Source of the DNA: the human T2T-CHM13v2.0 reference genome, Homo sapiens
Strand: one strand, 5' to 3'
Assembly: GCF_009914755.1 (NCBI RefSeq)
Contig: NC_060928.1
DNA: 64,000 nucleotides
The position numbers and the translations under genes were made by a program. The notes beneath the pieces are model-generated. The model was not told the DNA's origin. It searched no databases and saw nothing but the letters and a program-made list of their open reading frames with translations. Positions 62,789-64,000 of this stretch are shown one piece after another. The first letter of the stretch is position 1. Each line of letters starts with the position of its first letter.

Positions 62789-64000
62789 TTATAATGTATT
62801 CAAAAGTATCTGGGTACAGACCCGTTCCTCAAAATGAGAGTTATTTAGTTAATTGGGGGAAAAAAACCATATTTAAAATATACACTTTTTCGAAAGTTTC
62901 TATCTAAAATAAATGTGCATGCATGGTTCAGCTGATGGCAAATCCTGTGAGATTAAATACCTGAGGGGGAGTGGGGACTTTCCTTCCATGGATTTTTCCA
63001 GTATCCATATAAGAAACCCCTGAGTGATCATGAGAAATCCTTACAAAATTTCACCTACCAGTTTATAAGCTTCAATGAATTATCTTGCTTTTTATGATAT
63101 GAAGTTTTTTTTCTCATGGGATAAATGGATTTGAGATATTGTTGCTTTTATGGAAATTGTAGCCATTTTATCATGACATTCCAAGGCAGTATTTCTTACC
63201 TATTTATATTTATCTTTGGGTCTAAAGTTGTTTCCAAGTTTGTAAGTATTAGATAAACATCTCTCCAGATTTAATCAGTGAAATTCTAAATACAATATTA
63301 GAATGTACCTTACTGCTTAGTTTTGATGTATTGCTTAAGAAAGGAAAAGATATATACCCTGGTTTGGTTTAATATATCCCTTCAGAAGAATATTTGAGTT
63401 GGATAGAAACAGTTTTGACATGCACTTGAAGACTATAAATGCTGCAAATGACAGCTTTTAATCAGTGTGATAAATAGCAAAGGTCTGTAAATGGTATCAA
63501 ATAATTTCTAAAAATGAAAACTAATTTTCCACTCCCACTGCTAGCAAATTTGTCAACTACAGTTTGATAGAACCAAAACATCTGCTCTTTGAAGCTGTGT
63601 AAACTCTCTCAGTAAAATGATGCATTATTTTGTTTTCAGATATACATTCATCTCTTTCCTAATTTAGTATGTTTATGAAGTACTAAGATAAGTTCCTGAT
63701 TGAAAATTGTATGCAGTTAAATTAAAGACAGAAGTTTCGTTGCTTAAAGTTTTAGCTTTAGCTTTGCTCTCTATCTTCCTTTTGAATTTCTTTCTTATGG
63801 TGCTAAAGATGAACATGTATATTGCTCCCTTTTCCAATTATTTTATTTTTGAAGTTTAAGAAAGTTAACACATGTAAACAATGTAAAATGTCATTAAAAT
63901 TAATAAGTATTTAATAACTCAGATATAATTATCAAGAATTTCATTAATCATCAAAGTGTTTCTATCTATCTTCTTTATTTAAAAATATATGTTTTTTTTC

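Overview
This is 64 kb of AT-rich, CpG-poor primate genomic DNA, almost certainly human given a pristine AluYa5-type insertion. It is intergenic or deep-intronic. I found no credible protein-coding exon, RNA gene, CpG island, processed pseudogene or prokaryotic element. The supplied ORFs are chance ORFs, Alu/LTR read-throughs or L1 ORF2 remnants. A large part of the window is transposon-derived: Alus (FLAM/FRAM, J, S, Ya5), long decayed L1M blocks (about 9.7-12.4, 19.2-27.7 and 37.4-38.8 kb), L2/MIR fragments, DNA transposons (MER20, MER30, MER5), many solo LTRs (MER50, LTR33 x2, MST/MLT1/THE1, MER67-like, MER92-like, MER61) and the 3' half of a MER66-type ERV1 provirus with integrase and env remnants. 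The most notable observations are: (1) a zero-divergence 5'-truncated AluYa5 with a perfect 14-bp TSD (60308-60396), a candidate polymorphic insertion; (2) a near-perfect 28-bp-arm inverted repeat shaped like a pre-miRNA hairpin (15733-15808); (3) a MER61 LTR whose p53 element is broken by a C>T that creates an AG|GTAAG splice motif, next to NF-kB-like sites; (4) repeat-free, motif-dense islands that may be enhancers; (5) several AG|GT recursive-splice-like or micro-exon-like motifs. I do not see convincing evidence of a new biological system. Repeat subfamily names come from my recollection of consensus sequences, not from a database search, and boundaries of old repeats are approximate.
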